DNA of 64,000 nucleotides from Patescibacteria group bacterium (GTDB lineage Bacteria; Patescibacteriota; Minisyncoccia; UBA6257; 2-01-FULL-56-20): NCBI GenBank assembly GCA_038063755.1, contig JBBTUL010000006.1, positions 26,910 to 90,909 of the forward strand, read 5' to 3'. Shown piece by piece: positions 35,716 to 44,401 of this stretch (position 1 is its first letter; each line of letters starts with the position of its first letter). The notes under the pieces were generated by a model. It saw only the letters and a program-made list of their open reading frames with translations, ran no database searches and was not told where the DNA came from. The position numbers and the translations under genes were made by a program.

Positions 35716-37449
35716 ATGGAAGATTATCGTGCAAAAACTCCTCGCTTTACCAAGGCACTCGACGCGATCCTTGAAAAAGTCTCGTCGGGAGAAAAAGTCT
35801 GTACACTCTGCGAAAAACAATTTGAAATCGCCGAGGAAGACATCGGGCTTTATCGCTCGCTTCACGTACCGCCTCCGACGCTTTGCCCCGACTGTAGAAG
35901 GCGAAAAAGGCATGTCTTTGTAAACTACACCACGCTTTTCAAACGAAAGTGCGACGCACCGGAACACAGCGAAGAATGCATCTCCATGATGCCGGAAAAT
36001 GCTCCCTATCCGGTATACGACTACGCATACTGGTGGTCAGACGCATGGGATCCGATGTCTTTCGGGCGCGAAGCAGATGCCGAAAAGTCTTTTTTCGAAG
36101 ACTTCGGCCGTCTTTTTGAAGAAGTACCGCAGGCCGCAATCACGCGCGACCCATCAAGCACAAACAGCGACTACACCGCATACGGCTTCCAGCAAAAGAA
36201 TTGTTACTACGTTTTCGGAGGAATGCAGAGCGAGGACGTTTCGTACGGCAATTGGGCCATGATGTCCAGGCAGTGCGTCGACGTGCTCCTTCCGATCTCG
36301 TGCGAAAACGGGACTCATCTCGTCTTCTCCGAAAAATGCTACAACTGCCACTACTCTTACTTTTCAAGGGACTGCATGGATTCCAGATTTTTATACGACT
36401 GCCGGAACTGCACGGATTGTTTCGGATGTGTAAATTTACGGAACAAAAAATTCTGCTTTTTAAACGAACAGCTGACGGAGAAAGAATATAAAGAGCGGAT
36501 CGCGAAAATTGATTTCGGCAGCCGATCCGCGATGAATGAGTATTCTGACCAGTTCTGGAAGTTGGTGAAGGAATCCCCGATCCGCGCAACGCGAAACGAA
36601 AAAGTTATTAACTCGACCGGAAACTACCTCGAAGGAACAAAGGATTGCAAGGACTGCTACTGGATACGCCAAAGCGAAAACTGCCGATACTCGGAGTTCT
36701 CCGTGCAAAGCAAAGATTGCTCCGACTTCACGCTCTCGATCACCTCGGAGCGCCTCTACGAAACGGCCGGCGCCTCAAATCAGGTTGCCGACATAAAATT
36801 TTCCTATCTCATCCGCATGAGCCAAGATGTTGAATATTCGATGCAATGCTATAACTGCCAACATTGCTTCGGGTGTATCGGGCTACGTAATAAAAAATAC
36901 TGCATATTTAATAGGCAGTATGAAGAAAGCGAGTATTGGAAAATAGTCGACGCGCTCAAAATGAAGATGCTTGAGCGAGGCGAATACGGAGAGTTTTTCC
37001 CGATGCGGTTAAGCCAATTCCCCTACAACGCGTCGTTTGCAAACATCACCTATCCGACGGGCAAAAAGGAGGCACTTCTTGCGGGCGCATGGTGGAATGA
37101 CGAAGAGGTATCCGCGCAGTCGCCCCACGAACAATTTTCGGCGAAGGAAACCCCCGACTCGATAAAAGACGCATCGGACGAACTGCTTCAAAAGGTGCTC
37201 ACAAGCGAAGGAAACGGAAAACCATTCCGGGTACTCGAAACCGAACTCGCACACTACCGAAAAAACAAAATCCCCCTGCCGCTCCTTTCACCACACGAAA
37301 GGCTCATAAATCGATTCGCTTACGTAAACTATTTCAGGACGTTCTCGGACAAGTGCTATCACTGCGGAATCGAAATAAAAACCTCGATCGCGACCGCAGA
37401 CGGCTACAAGCCATATTGCGAAGCATGTTATCAGTCAGAGATTATATAG
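35716..37449 (+). CDS. cysteine-rich paralog 2 (577 aa)
   Basis: N-terminus CTLCEKQFEIAEEDIGLYRSLHVPPPTLCPDCRRRKR. Internal CTDCFGCVNLRNKKFCFLNEQLTEKEY and CQHCFGCIGLRNKKYCIFNRQYEESEY. C-terminus FRVLETELAHYRKNKIPLP. Collinear with 23360-25135 and 40960-42783. Confidence 0.7.
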   Translation: MEDYRAKTPRFTKALDAILEKVSSGEKVCTLCEKQFEIAEEDIGLYRSLHVPPPTLCPDCRRRKRHVFVNYTTLFKRKCDAPEHSEECISMMPENAPYPVYDYAYWWSDAWDPMSFGREADAEKSFFEDFGRLFEEVPQAAITRDPSSTNSDYTAYGFQQKNCYYVFGGMQSEDVSYGNWAMMSRQCVDVLLPISCENGTHLVFSEKCYNCHYSYFSRDCMDSRFLYDCRNCTDCFGCVNLRNKKFCFLNEQLTEKEYKERIAKIDFGSRSAMNEYSDQFWKLVKESPIRATRNEKVINSTGNYLEGTKDCKDCYWIRQSENCRYSEFSVQSKDCSDFTLSITSERLYETAGASNQVADIKFSYLIRMSQDVEYSMQCYNCQHCFGCIGLRNKKYCIFNRQYEESEYWKIVDALKMKMLERGEYGEFFPMRLSQFPYNASFANITYPTGKKEALLAGAWWNDEEVSAQSPHEQFSAKETPDSIKDASDELLQKVLTSEGNGKPFRVLETELAHYRKNKIPLPLLSPHERLINRFAYVNYFRTFSDKCYHCGIEIKTSIATADGYKPYCEACYQSEII

Positions 37450-37498
37450 CATACGACATTCTCGGTTTACCGAGTTGAAGCTCGCAACCCTCAAGGTG

Positions 37499-38362
37499 TT
37501 ATCCGGTAAGCCCAATAAGGAAACTCGCTCCGATCGTCATGATCGCTCCAACAACCTGGTATTTGGAAATCTTTTCGTTGTTTAGGTTGATGCCCAGAAG
37601 CAAAGATATTGCCGGATAACTTTCGGTAATCGCGATCGTTACTGAAAGCTCGTTTTTCTGAACTGCAAGAGCAAAGAAGACCCACGCAAGCGTATCAAGG
37701 ATTCCGATCGTTAGAATAAGTGAAGGATATATGCGCGCGTGGGCGAGGAACGGACCAATCCTCTTCTTCGAAACAAGATAAAGTATGCAGATTACACTAA
37801 AAACCACCCACGGAAACCAAATCGCGAGAAGCGGCGATATTCCCTTCGCTCCAGCCGCAGTCAAAAAGTTCACAAGTCCATAACCAATCGCAGCCGCAAT
37901 CGCGAGCACGGCGCCGCGCTCAAAAAAGTGCCGCTTTTTAAAATCGTCAGGCTTAGCGGAAATAAAGATAATACCGAAGAAAATCACAGCGATAAGCAAA
38001 AGCTGAACAAGCGTAAGGCTTTCTTGAAAGAAAAGAACACCGAGAATAACAGTGATCGGAAGCTCGAGTTCCAGCAGGACCTCGACGACAGAAAGCTTCC
38101 CCCGACGCAGTGCTTCGAAATTTATAATCCCCACGACAAAAACTACGATCCCCAAGAGGAATAGTGTTGTAAAATTTGAACCCTTGAAAACCAAGGAGAG
38201 ATCGTTCCAGACAAAAGGAGTAAGCCCAACCGATCCACCAAGTCCGATCCAGGCAAGTGTTTCAACATCGCCGATTTTTCTCGTCGCTTTTTGTATAAAA
38301 AAGTCTCCGAAACCCCAACAAAACATCGCCCCTAGCGCAGCAAGGATACTGAATGTAAGCAC
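37499..38362 (-). CDS. DMT-superfamily (EamA-like) transporter
   Basis: About 10 TM segments in two halves; 287 aa. Confidence 0.65.
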   Translation of the reverse strand: MLTFSILAALGAMFCWGFGDFFIQKATRKIGDVETLAWIGLGGSVGLTPFVWNDLSLVFKGSNFTTLFLLGIVVFVVGIINFEALRRGKLSVVEVLLELELPITVILGVLFFQESLTLVQLLLIAVIFFGIIFISAKPDDFKKRHFFERGAVLAIAAAIGYGLVNFLTAAGAKGISPLLAIWFPWVVFSVICILYLVSKKRIGPFLAHARIYPSLILTIGILDTLAWVFFALAVQKNELSVTIAITESYPAISLLLGINLNNEKISKYQVVGAIMTIGASFLIGLTG

Positions 38363-38482
38363 TCTCTTATTATAATGAATGCCTAAGCCTTACTCCCTAT
38401 CACAGCTCGCCTGCTCGGTTGTTTTAAGATTTTTCTGGGATAGATTTAAGCTCGGGATGGATGTAGAATTAGCATCAATAGC

Positions 38483-39106
38483 ATGGGAAGCGAAAAGGAA
38501 AAATTCGGCATAAAATATAGCTACATGAGCGATCGTGGGATTTTTCGTTATCTTGATTGCTTGTCCCTAACAGAAGAGGAGCTCAACGATCCTGAATCCA
38601 TCATCCTTGACCTTGGATCTGGTACTGAACAAAACTTCGCCAAGGAAGCAAGACTACTCGGCCTAAAGTCCACGGTAATCTCTATGGACCCGAGATTGGC
38701 CTTAAACGAGAAGGAGGATTTGTCGATGCCGCATTCCGACAAAGAGGCTCGCATCCGCGGTAGAGACAACCCTGAGCCGAAAACCATTGCGGCCATAGGA
38801 GGAGCCCTCCCATTTAAGGATGGTAGTATTAAAAAAATCTATGCCTTGTACTCTGTTCCCTACTACCTGAACGACAAGGAGGCAATCGAAAAGAATCTGT
38901 GTGAGATGATTAGAGTTCTGAGCCCTCACGGCACGGCTAAAGTATTTCCGATCCCACCGGAACAAGAACGGCTCGTCGGTGAGGCTTTGGACAAAAAATC
39001 GGATCAAGTAAAATACTCTTTAATCTTCAATTCGGAATATATGGGCATGCTTCTGGTCATCACAAAAGAAGAGTCAACAAAAGGAACGTCAGCCGACAAA
39101 AGATAG
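38483..39106 (+). CDS. class I SAM-dependent methyltransferase, putative
   Basis: Motif I ILDLGSGTE, motif post-I, and LPFKDGSIKKIY (motif II/III). Confidence 0.55.
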   Translation: MGSEKEKFGIKYSYMSDRGIFRYLDCLSLTEEELNDPESIILDLGSGTEQNFAKEARLLGLKSTVISMDPRLALNEKEDLSMPHSDKEARIRGRDNPEPKTIAAIGGALPFKDGSIKKIYALYSVPYYLNDKEAIEKNLCEMIRVLSPHGTAKVFPIPPEQERLVGEALDKKSDQVKYSLIFNSEYMGMLLVITKEESTKGTSADKR

Positions 39107-39195
39107 GCGCCGGCACATGAGACCTCGTAAGTGACGGCTTGGAATATTGAATCGTTACGACCACCACCTACACCCGGTCCTGATATAATTATCTC

Positions 39196-39660
39196 GTGCC
39201 TCATATTCACGAAAAAATTGACTTCACGGTTGAGGTTTTCATCGTTTACAACAATACTGTTCTTCTCAGAAAACACGACAAATACAAGCTTTGGCTGAGC
39301 GTCGGGGGCCATATCGAGCTCGACGAAGACCCGAACCAAGCCGCGGTGCGGGAGGTGAAAGAAGAGGTCAGTCTCGATATAGAAATTGCGGGGACGAAAC
39401 TAAAATTCAATGAAGACAACTACGAGGAGCTTCTTCCGCCAAGATTCCTGAACCGACACAGGATCAACGAGTCGCACGAACACGTGACGATGGTGTATTT
39501 CGCAAAAACGGAAACCGATCGGATCGTTCAGGGAAGCGACGAAGCAAGCGAAAGTCTCCGATGGTTCACCGCCAAGGAATTGGACGACCCCCAATATGGC
39601 ATCAAGGAAAGCGTGCGACACTGCGCCAAGAGCGCCCTCGAAGAACTTTCTTCCACATAG
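39196..39660 (+). CDS. NUDIX hydrolase
   Basis: Nudix box GGHIELDEDPNQAAVREVKEEVSL; 154 aa. Confidence 0.7.
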   Translation: MPHIHEKIDFTVEVFIVYNNTVLLRKHDKYKLWLSVGGHIELDEDPNQAAVREVKEEVSLDIEIAGTKLKFNEDNYEELLPPRFLNRHRINESHEHVTMVYFAKTETDRIVQGSDEASESLRWFTAKELDDPQYGIKESVRHCAKSALEELSST

Positions 39661-39678
39661 ATCCCAGTTCGTCACCAA

Positions 39679-39708
39679 AACAAAGAGCCCCGATAGGGGG
39701 CTCTTTGT
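39679..39708. terminator. bidirectional hairpin between convergent genes
   Basis: AAAGAGCCCC-GATA-GGGG(G)CTCTTT, a perfect ~10-bp GC-rich stem flanked by A/T runs on both strands. Confidence 0.5.
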
Positions 39709-39724
39709 TAAACCGAGGCAGTGC

Positions 39725-39925
39725 TTACGCGACGTCGCCGACCTTCGCCATCATCATGGCGTTCATTTGTTCGGGAGTCATCGTCTTCGCCATTTCGTCA
39801 ACCTTGTCCTTGTGCATGGCAACCGCGTGTTCAGTCATCGCCTTGACAACCTCTTCCGCCGTTTCTGCCGTTGCTACGAAGTCGCACTCCGGAGCTCCAA
39901 GATCCTTGCAAGCTAATGATTTCAT
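39725..39925 (-). CDS. DUF1059-family small protein
   Basis: MKSLACKDLGAPECDFVATAETAEEVVKAMTEHAVAMHKD... matches the conserved DUF1059 pattern; 66 aa. Confidence 0.6.
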   Translation of the reverse strand: MKSLACKDLGAPECDFVATAETAEEVVKAMTEHAVAMHKDKVDEMAKTMTPEQMNAMMMAKVGDVA

Positions 39926-40008
39926 GTTTTATTGCTAGATTTTCGGGCGCCTATCGACTAGAGACGTACTGTGAGTATAGTCGATAAGAAGGACTTAAAC
40001 AACCGTCC

Positions 40009-40344
40009 TTACGCTTGCCCCGCTTTTTCTATTTCTTGTTTTAGTCGTCCCTTAAACATCGCCATATCATCCTTCTCATCCGCATCCTCATAGACACCAG
40101 CCAACTTATGCTTCGCAACCACAAGGCCAAGAACTTCTTGTAGCGTCCGAATACTTCGAGGGCCTTCGTTCAGTAAGCTTCCCATTCTTTCGCTATCAGA
40201 ATCGCCCCGGAACCTCCCTTTCCTCTCTAAATACACCAACACATCATTAAAACTCGTCCTCGCAGCTACTTCTTTCGTAAGCTTGATGTCTAGAATCTCT
40301 CCCGCGGGCCCTACGTTGGTTTTTGGTAATTCTTCGATTCCCAT
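40009..40344 (-). CDS. hypothetical small protein (C-terminal 112 aa of the listed 194-aa ORF)
   Basis: Plausible start MGIEELPKT... at 40344. The upstream part of the listed ORF overlaps the opposite-strand gene and is Cys-rich low-complexity, so it is probably not coding. Confidence 0.3.
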   Translation of the reverse strand: MGIEELPKTNVGPAGEILDIKLTKEVAARTSFNDVLVYLERKGRFRGDSDSERMGSLLNEGPRSIRTLQEVLGLVVAKHKLAGVYEDADEKDDMAMFKGRLKQEIEKAGQA

Positions 40345-40456
40345 TCGAAAAAGTATACAACATTTAAAAAAAATCTCGCAAACTGACATGCCTTGCTTTC
40401 TTTCCAAGAAAGGAATACTCTTTCGAAGACAGAAACAACCACATACACAAACACTC

Positions 40457-40915
40457 ATGAACAAATTCAGAAAACCACACGGGTCGGCAGGTAGGGACGG
40501 TAATAGATTTGGCGGCAGGCCGGAGTTTCGCCGCCCAGGAGGTAGCGGTTTCGATAAAAAGATGTACCCAGCAATATGCGCCGAGTGCGGCAATAAGTGC
40601 GAGGTTCCATTCCGTCCGAATGGAAGAAAACCCGTCTATTGCCTTAACTGTTTCGGGAAAAATGAAAGGGGCGAATCTAGGCCGCTTCCGACTAACGACT
40701 TCCGCGAAAGAACTCCTTCCTCTCCCGCCACGTTTAAGCCGCAAAACGAGGACAGAAGACTTGACGATATCAAGCGCCAGCTCGACACGATCTATTCGAA
40801 GCTCGAAAATATCCTCCAGGTAGTTTCGGCTCCAAAGACAGAGGGAACTATTAAAGAAGTTCCCGCGAAGAAGAAGGTGGTAGCGACAAAAAGAACGGCT
40901 TCCAAAAAGAAGTAG
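40457..40915 (+). CDS. RGG-rich zinc-ribbon protein (CxxC-x17-CxxC), putative nucleic-acid-binding
   Basis: MNKFRKPHGSAGRDGNRFGGRPEFRRPGGSGFDKK, then CAECGNKCEVPFRPNGRKPVYCLNCF, then a basic/K-rich tail. The listed ORF at 40283 is trimmed to the ATG at 40457. Confidence 0.55.
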   Translation: MNKFRKPHGSAGRDGNRFGGRPEFRRPGGSGFDKKMYPAICAECGNKCEVPFRPNGRKPVYCLNCFGKNERGESRPLPTNDFRERTPSSPATFKPQNEDRRLDDIKRQLDTIYSKLENILQVVSAPKTEGTIKEVPAKKKVVATKRTASKKK

Positions 40916-40959
40916 CTTGGTCGCTTGCACCGAGAAGCATTGAGTATAAAATTAGTCCC

Positions 40960-42783
40960 GTGAACCAAGAGGCACGAAATCCTTCGTCAGGCTCCCCTCA
41001 ATCATCTTCGGGACAAGCAGGGCAAGTCTGTCAGAACTGCCATGAAAAGTTCGTCATTGAACCAGCGGATTTTGCGTTCTATGAGCGTATAAAAACTCCA
41101 CCGCCGACCTGGTGTCCGGACTGTCGCCTTATTCGCCGCTATGCCTGGCGCAATGAACGGGCGCTTTACAAAGCCCTTTGCGGCAATTGCGGTAAAGACA
41201 TCTTTTCTGCGTATCCAGCAAGCAGTTTTTTTCCGGTATACTGCCGAGACTGCTGGCTCTCCGATGCATGGGATCCACTCGCATACGGACAAGATTACGA
41301 TTTTTCCAAGTCATTTTTTGAGCAATTTGAAAAGCTTTTAGCGAAAGTACCGCGCCTTCATCTCTTTCAGATCAACGCCGTCAACTCTCCGTATTCGAAT
41401 ATCATTCGCGACGTAAAGAATGTTTACCTTTCTTACTCGATTGTAGTGGGAGAAGAAATATTCTACTCAAAAAACGTCGATCAGTCGCGCGAAATGTTCG
41501 ACTGCCTTTCGATGGAGTCCTCCGAGAGATGTCTCGGGTCGATGTATGGAGAGAAAAATCATAACGTCGCCTACTCGATCCTCACCGGGTCATCATTTGA
41601 CTCCATGTTTCTTTTCGACTCTCAAAACGTAAGCAACTGTTTCCTTTCGACAAATCTTCGAAACAAAAAGTACGTCCTGCGAAACAAGCAGTACACGAAA
41701 GAAGAATACGAAAGCGAACGGAGAAAAATTGACACCGGAAGCTACGCTGTATTTTCCCGTCTCTCTGAAGAATTCGAGTCTTTCAGGCTTCAATATCCGA
41801 GAAAATACGCCGACATTTTAAAGTCGGTAAATTCGACCGGCAATATTCTTTCAAACATGAAGGATGCTCGTCGCACATTCGAGTCGTATGATTCGGAAAA
41901 TATTGCATACTGTGGACGGACGATTTCTCTTAAAGATTCTTTTGACGTAAACAACACCGGCCTCGGCTCAGAACTCATTTACGAATACACAAGCGGCGGG
42001 AAGATGGACCGCGAACTCAAATTCTGTATGGCTGGTTTTGGGAATTGCCGGAATCTGGAGTATTGCGGCTGGTGCGGAAGTTCTTCTGATTTGTTCGGCT
42101 GCTTCGGAGTCCGTAATAAAAAGTTCTGTATTTTAAACAAGGAATACTCCGAGGAAGAATATCGCGACCTACGCGAAAAAATCGTAAGGCACATGAGCGA
42201 ACTTCCACACGAAGGAAGGAATGGAAGAGTGTATCGTTACGGAGAATTTTTCCCGATAGAGATGAGTCCGTTCGCTTATAACGAAAGCACGTCTCAAGAG
42301 CACGATTCCCTCACAAAGTCGGAGGCGCTTGCTCTTGGCTATCGATGGAAAGACTCCGAAGAGAAAGCCGCTCGCATCGACATTCGAGCAGACAACTTGC
42401 CGGATCATATAAAAGACACGAACGAAGACATCCTCTCGAAAACAATCGGATGTATGCACAATGGCGAATGCCCGCACCTTTGCACCGAAGGATTCCGGGT
42501 GATTAAGCAGGAACTTGATTTATACAGAAGAATAAATGTTCCTTTGCCGCGGCTTTGCCCAAATTGCCGCCACTACGAACGTCTAAAACTAAAAAACCCG
42601 TGGAAGCTCTGGTCACGCGCCTGCCAGTGCGCGGGAAACACATCGAAAAATAAGGTATACAATAATTCCACGTCACATCCGCACGGATCCGATCCTTGTC
42701 CTAATACCTTTGAGACATCCTACGCTCCAGAAAGACCTGAAATTGTGTACTGTGAGGGGTGTTACCAGCAAGAAATAGCATGA
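40960..42783 (+). CDS. cysteine-rich paralog 3 (607 aa)
   Basis: N-terminus CQNCHEKFVIEPADFAFYERIKTPPPTWCPDCRLIRR. Internal LRNKKYVLRNKQYTKEEY and CFGVRNKKFCILNKEYSEEEY. C-terminus FRVIKQELDLYRRINVPLPRLCPNCRHYERLK. It probably starts at a GTG. Confidence 0.7.
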   Translation: MNQEARNPSSGSPQSSSGQAGQVCQNCHEKFVIEPADFAFYERIKTPPPTWCPDCRLIRRYAWRNERALYKALCGNCGKDIFSAYPASSFFPVYCRDCWLSDAWDPLAYGQDYDFSKSFFEQFEKLLAKVPRLHLFQINAVNSPYSNIIRDVKNVYLSYSIVVGEEIFYSKNVDQSREMFDCLSMESSERCLGSMYGEKNHNVAYSILTGSSFDSMFLFDSQNVSNCFLSTNLRNKKYVLRNKQYTKEEYESERRKIDTGSYAVFSRLSEEFESFRLQYPRKYADILKSVNSTGNILSNMKDARRTFESYDSENIAYCGRTISLKDSFDVNNTGLGSELIYEYTSGGKMDRELKFCMAGFGNCRNLEYCGWCGSSSDLFGCFGVRNKKFCILNKEYSEEEYRDLREKIVRHMSELPHEGRNGRVYRYGEFFPIEMSPFAYNESTSQEHDSLTKSEALALGYRWKDSEEKAARIDIRADNLPDHIKDTNEDILSKTIGCMHNGECPHLCTEGFRVIKQELDLYRRINVPLPRLCPNCRHYERLKLKNPWKLWSRACQCAGNTSKNKVYNNSTSHPHGSDPCPNTFETSYAPERPEIVYCEGCYQQEIA

Positions 42784-42787
42784 TTTT

Positions 42788-42816
42788 TTGCGCGCATTCC
42801 CAAGCCACTGTATAAT
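42788..42816 (+). promoter_or_regulatory. sigma70-like promoter (TTGCGC-17 nt-TATAAT), near-leaderless for the 42823 gene
   Basis: -35 at 42788-42793, a 17-nt spacer, TATAAT at 42811-42816, ATG at 42823. Confidence 0.35.
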
Positions 42817-42822
42817 CCCTCC

Positions 42823-43152
42823 ATGATTTCCGAAGAAAAAAGCGAACAGCTCCTCATCGCTGAGCTACAACTCATCCTCGCAGAAAAGCGGACATATCTC
42901 GCGAGCCTTCGCACCGGACTGGCCGTTTTTTCAGCACCACTTTCCCTTCTCCTTTTTCTTGTCGCCACAGCGCAATTTCACAGACTTTTTTATCACACAA
43001 AGCTCGCCGCCGCATCTATCGCAATTCTCATTGTTATCGCGGGTGCTGGGCTCATTGAATTTTGGGTATCATACAGAAAAATAAAGCGCCTCGAGGCGAT
43101 AACTGAGGAGATAAAGGCGATGAATAGCCGCGTACGAGAGATTATGGTTTAA
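42823..43152 (+). CDS. DUF202 (YidH-like) small membrane protein
   Basis: EKRTYLASLRTGLAVFSAPLSLLLFL and a second TM; ER(T)xLAxxRTxLA is the DUF202 signature. Confidence 0.55.
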   Translation: MISEEKSEQLLIAELQLILAEKRTYLASLRTGLAVFSAPLSLLLFLVATAQFHRLFYHTKLAAASIAILIVIAGAGLIEFWVSYRKIKRLEAITEEIKAMNSRVREIMV

Positions 43153-43202
43153 GGACTCGCACACCTCATCCATAAAACAACGTCGCAAAAAAACGAAGTA
43201 TC

Positions 43203-43754
43203 ATGCGAAAAGAAATTGAAGTTAAAGCGAGAGTTCAGAACCTCGAAGTAATCGCCAAGGAGCTTGCAAGACGCGGCTGTGTTCTGTCGGACCCGATAGA
43301 ACAGCGGGATATCATTTTCGTAGACTCTAGCTATGGAGAATTCGAGAAGTTCCATCCGAAGAAGAACCTACTTCGCATCCGGAACGCCAAGGGGAAATTC
43401 ATTTTCACGATCAAACAGCCACAGTCGAACGAGCTCGACTCAATCGAACGCGAAACAGAGATTGCAAACCCCGAAGAAATGGAGCAAGCCCTGCTCCTTA
43501 TGGGATATCACGAACGAGTGCGCGTAAGCAAGATTCGGAAAACCGCAAAATACCAAAATTGGGAAATCTGTCTCGACGAGGTCGAGGGAATCGGTTCATT
43601 CGTCGAGATTGAAGAACTTACGGATGACAAGGCGAATCCAGACGAAATCCAGAGAAGGATTTTGGAGTTTCTAAAGAGCCTTGGCGTTAAAGAGGAAGAT
43701 CGAGTAACGACCGGGTACGCCACGCTTGTTTATTTAAACGAAAAACGGCCCTGA
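43203..43754 (+). CDS. CYTH-domain protein (class IV adenylyl cyclase / triphosphate tunnel metalloenzyme family)
   Basis: MRKEIEVKARV (ExExK motif)...LRIRN...FTIKQ...EIETEI...WEICLDEVEGIGSFVEIE: the acidic/basic beta-strand pattern of CyaB/ThTPase. Confidence 0.7.
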   Translation: MRKEIEVKARVQNLEVIAKELARRGCVLSDPIEQRDIIFVDSSYGEFEKFHPKKNLLRIRNAKGKFIFTIKQPQSNELDSIERETEIANPEEMEQALLLMGYHERVRVSKIRKTAKYQNWEICLDEVEGIGSFVEIEELTDDKANPDEIQRRILEFLKSLGVKEEDRVTTGYATLVYLNEKRP

Positions 43755-43910
43755 CGGACTTTTCGGTTCAGGCACCCGCCTCGGGAAAAGCTTTATCGGA
43801 AGCACGTGGTCGATGTGGCAAGCTGAGGCTATTGGTGTTTTTTTGAGCTCCTAAACAACACACGAAAAACACCTCGGGGAAAAATAGGCTCCTTTCGTAA
43901 TCACTACAGA

Positions 43911-44327
43911 CTATTCGTTCTTTTCTTCCAAGCGCTCCTTTATATCTTTTATCCTCTTCCTAATCTCCTCAGCAATTCCAGGCACCGGAGTCCCATATTT
44001 TGGGTGAACGGCTTCTTTAAGATCCTGAACTAAAAACTCGCTCGCAACCTCGGCGAGATATCGCGGATCATCAAAGCCGGCTTCGATCATAAGCATCGTC
44101 TGATCAAGATTATGCTGGAGCCGCGCCTCGCGTGACCCTGTCGCGGTAGCGCGGGCTTCTTCCCCAGAACTCCACGCGTCTCGAAGACGCTGTGCCGCTT
44201 CTGCCTCCGGATCATCAAGGGGCACATGGTCCGGACTACGAAATCCGCGCTCTCTTATCCTGCGGTAGGCAGAAAGAACCTGGTCTCGAGTTACCTCCCC
44301 TTCCGGGGATGGAGGAATTTCGCTCAT
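43911..44327 (-). CDS. hypothetical protein
   Basis: 138 aa, helical and acidic; no motif recognised. Confidence 0.35.
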   Translation of the reverse strand: MSEIPPSPEGEVTRDQVLSAYRRIRERGFRSPDHVPLDDPEAEAAQRLRDAWSSGEEARATATGSREARLQHNLDQTMLMIEAGFDDPRYLAEVASEFLVQDLKEAVHPKYGTPVPGIAEEIRKRIKDIKERLEEKNE

Positions 44328-44401
44328 GTATAAATTATACTACTATAATTCACCCTGCGCATCCTCAAGATGCGCCTGATATACGTTCGGAAAAAAACGG
44401 A

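Noticed and set aside
40344-40593. 5' portion of the 194-aa minus-strand ORF 40009-40593
   Set aside because: It overlaps the better-supported + strand zinc-ribbon gene and encodes odd Cys-rich low-complexity sequence (CVCGCFC). Only the 3' 112 codons are kept, as a low-confidence gene.
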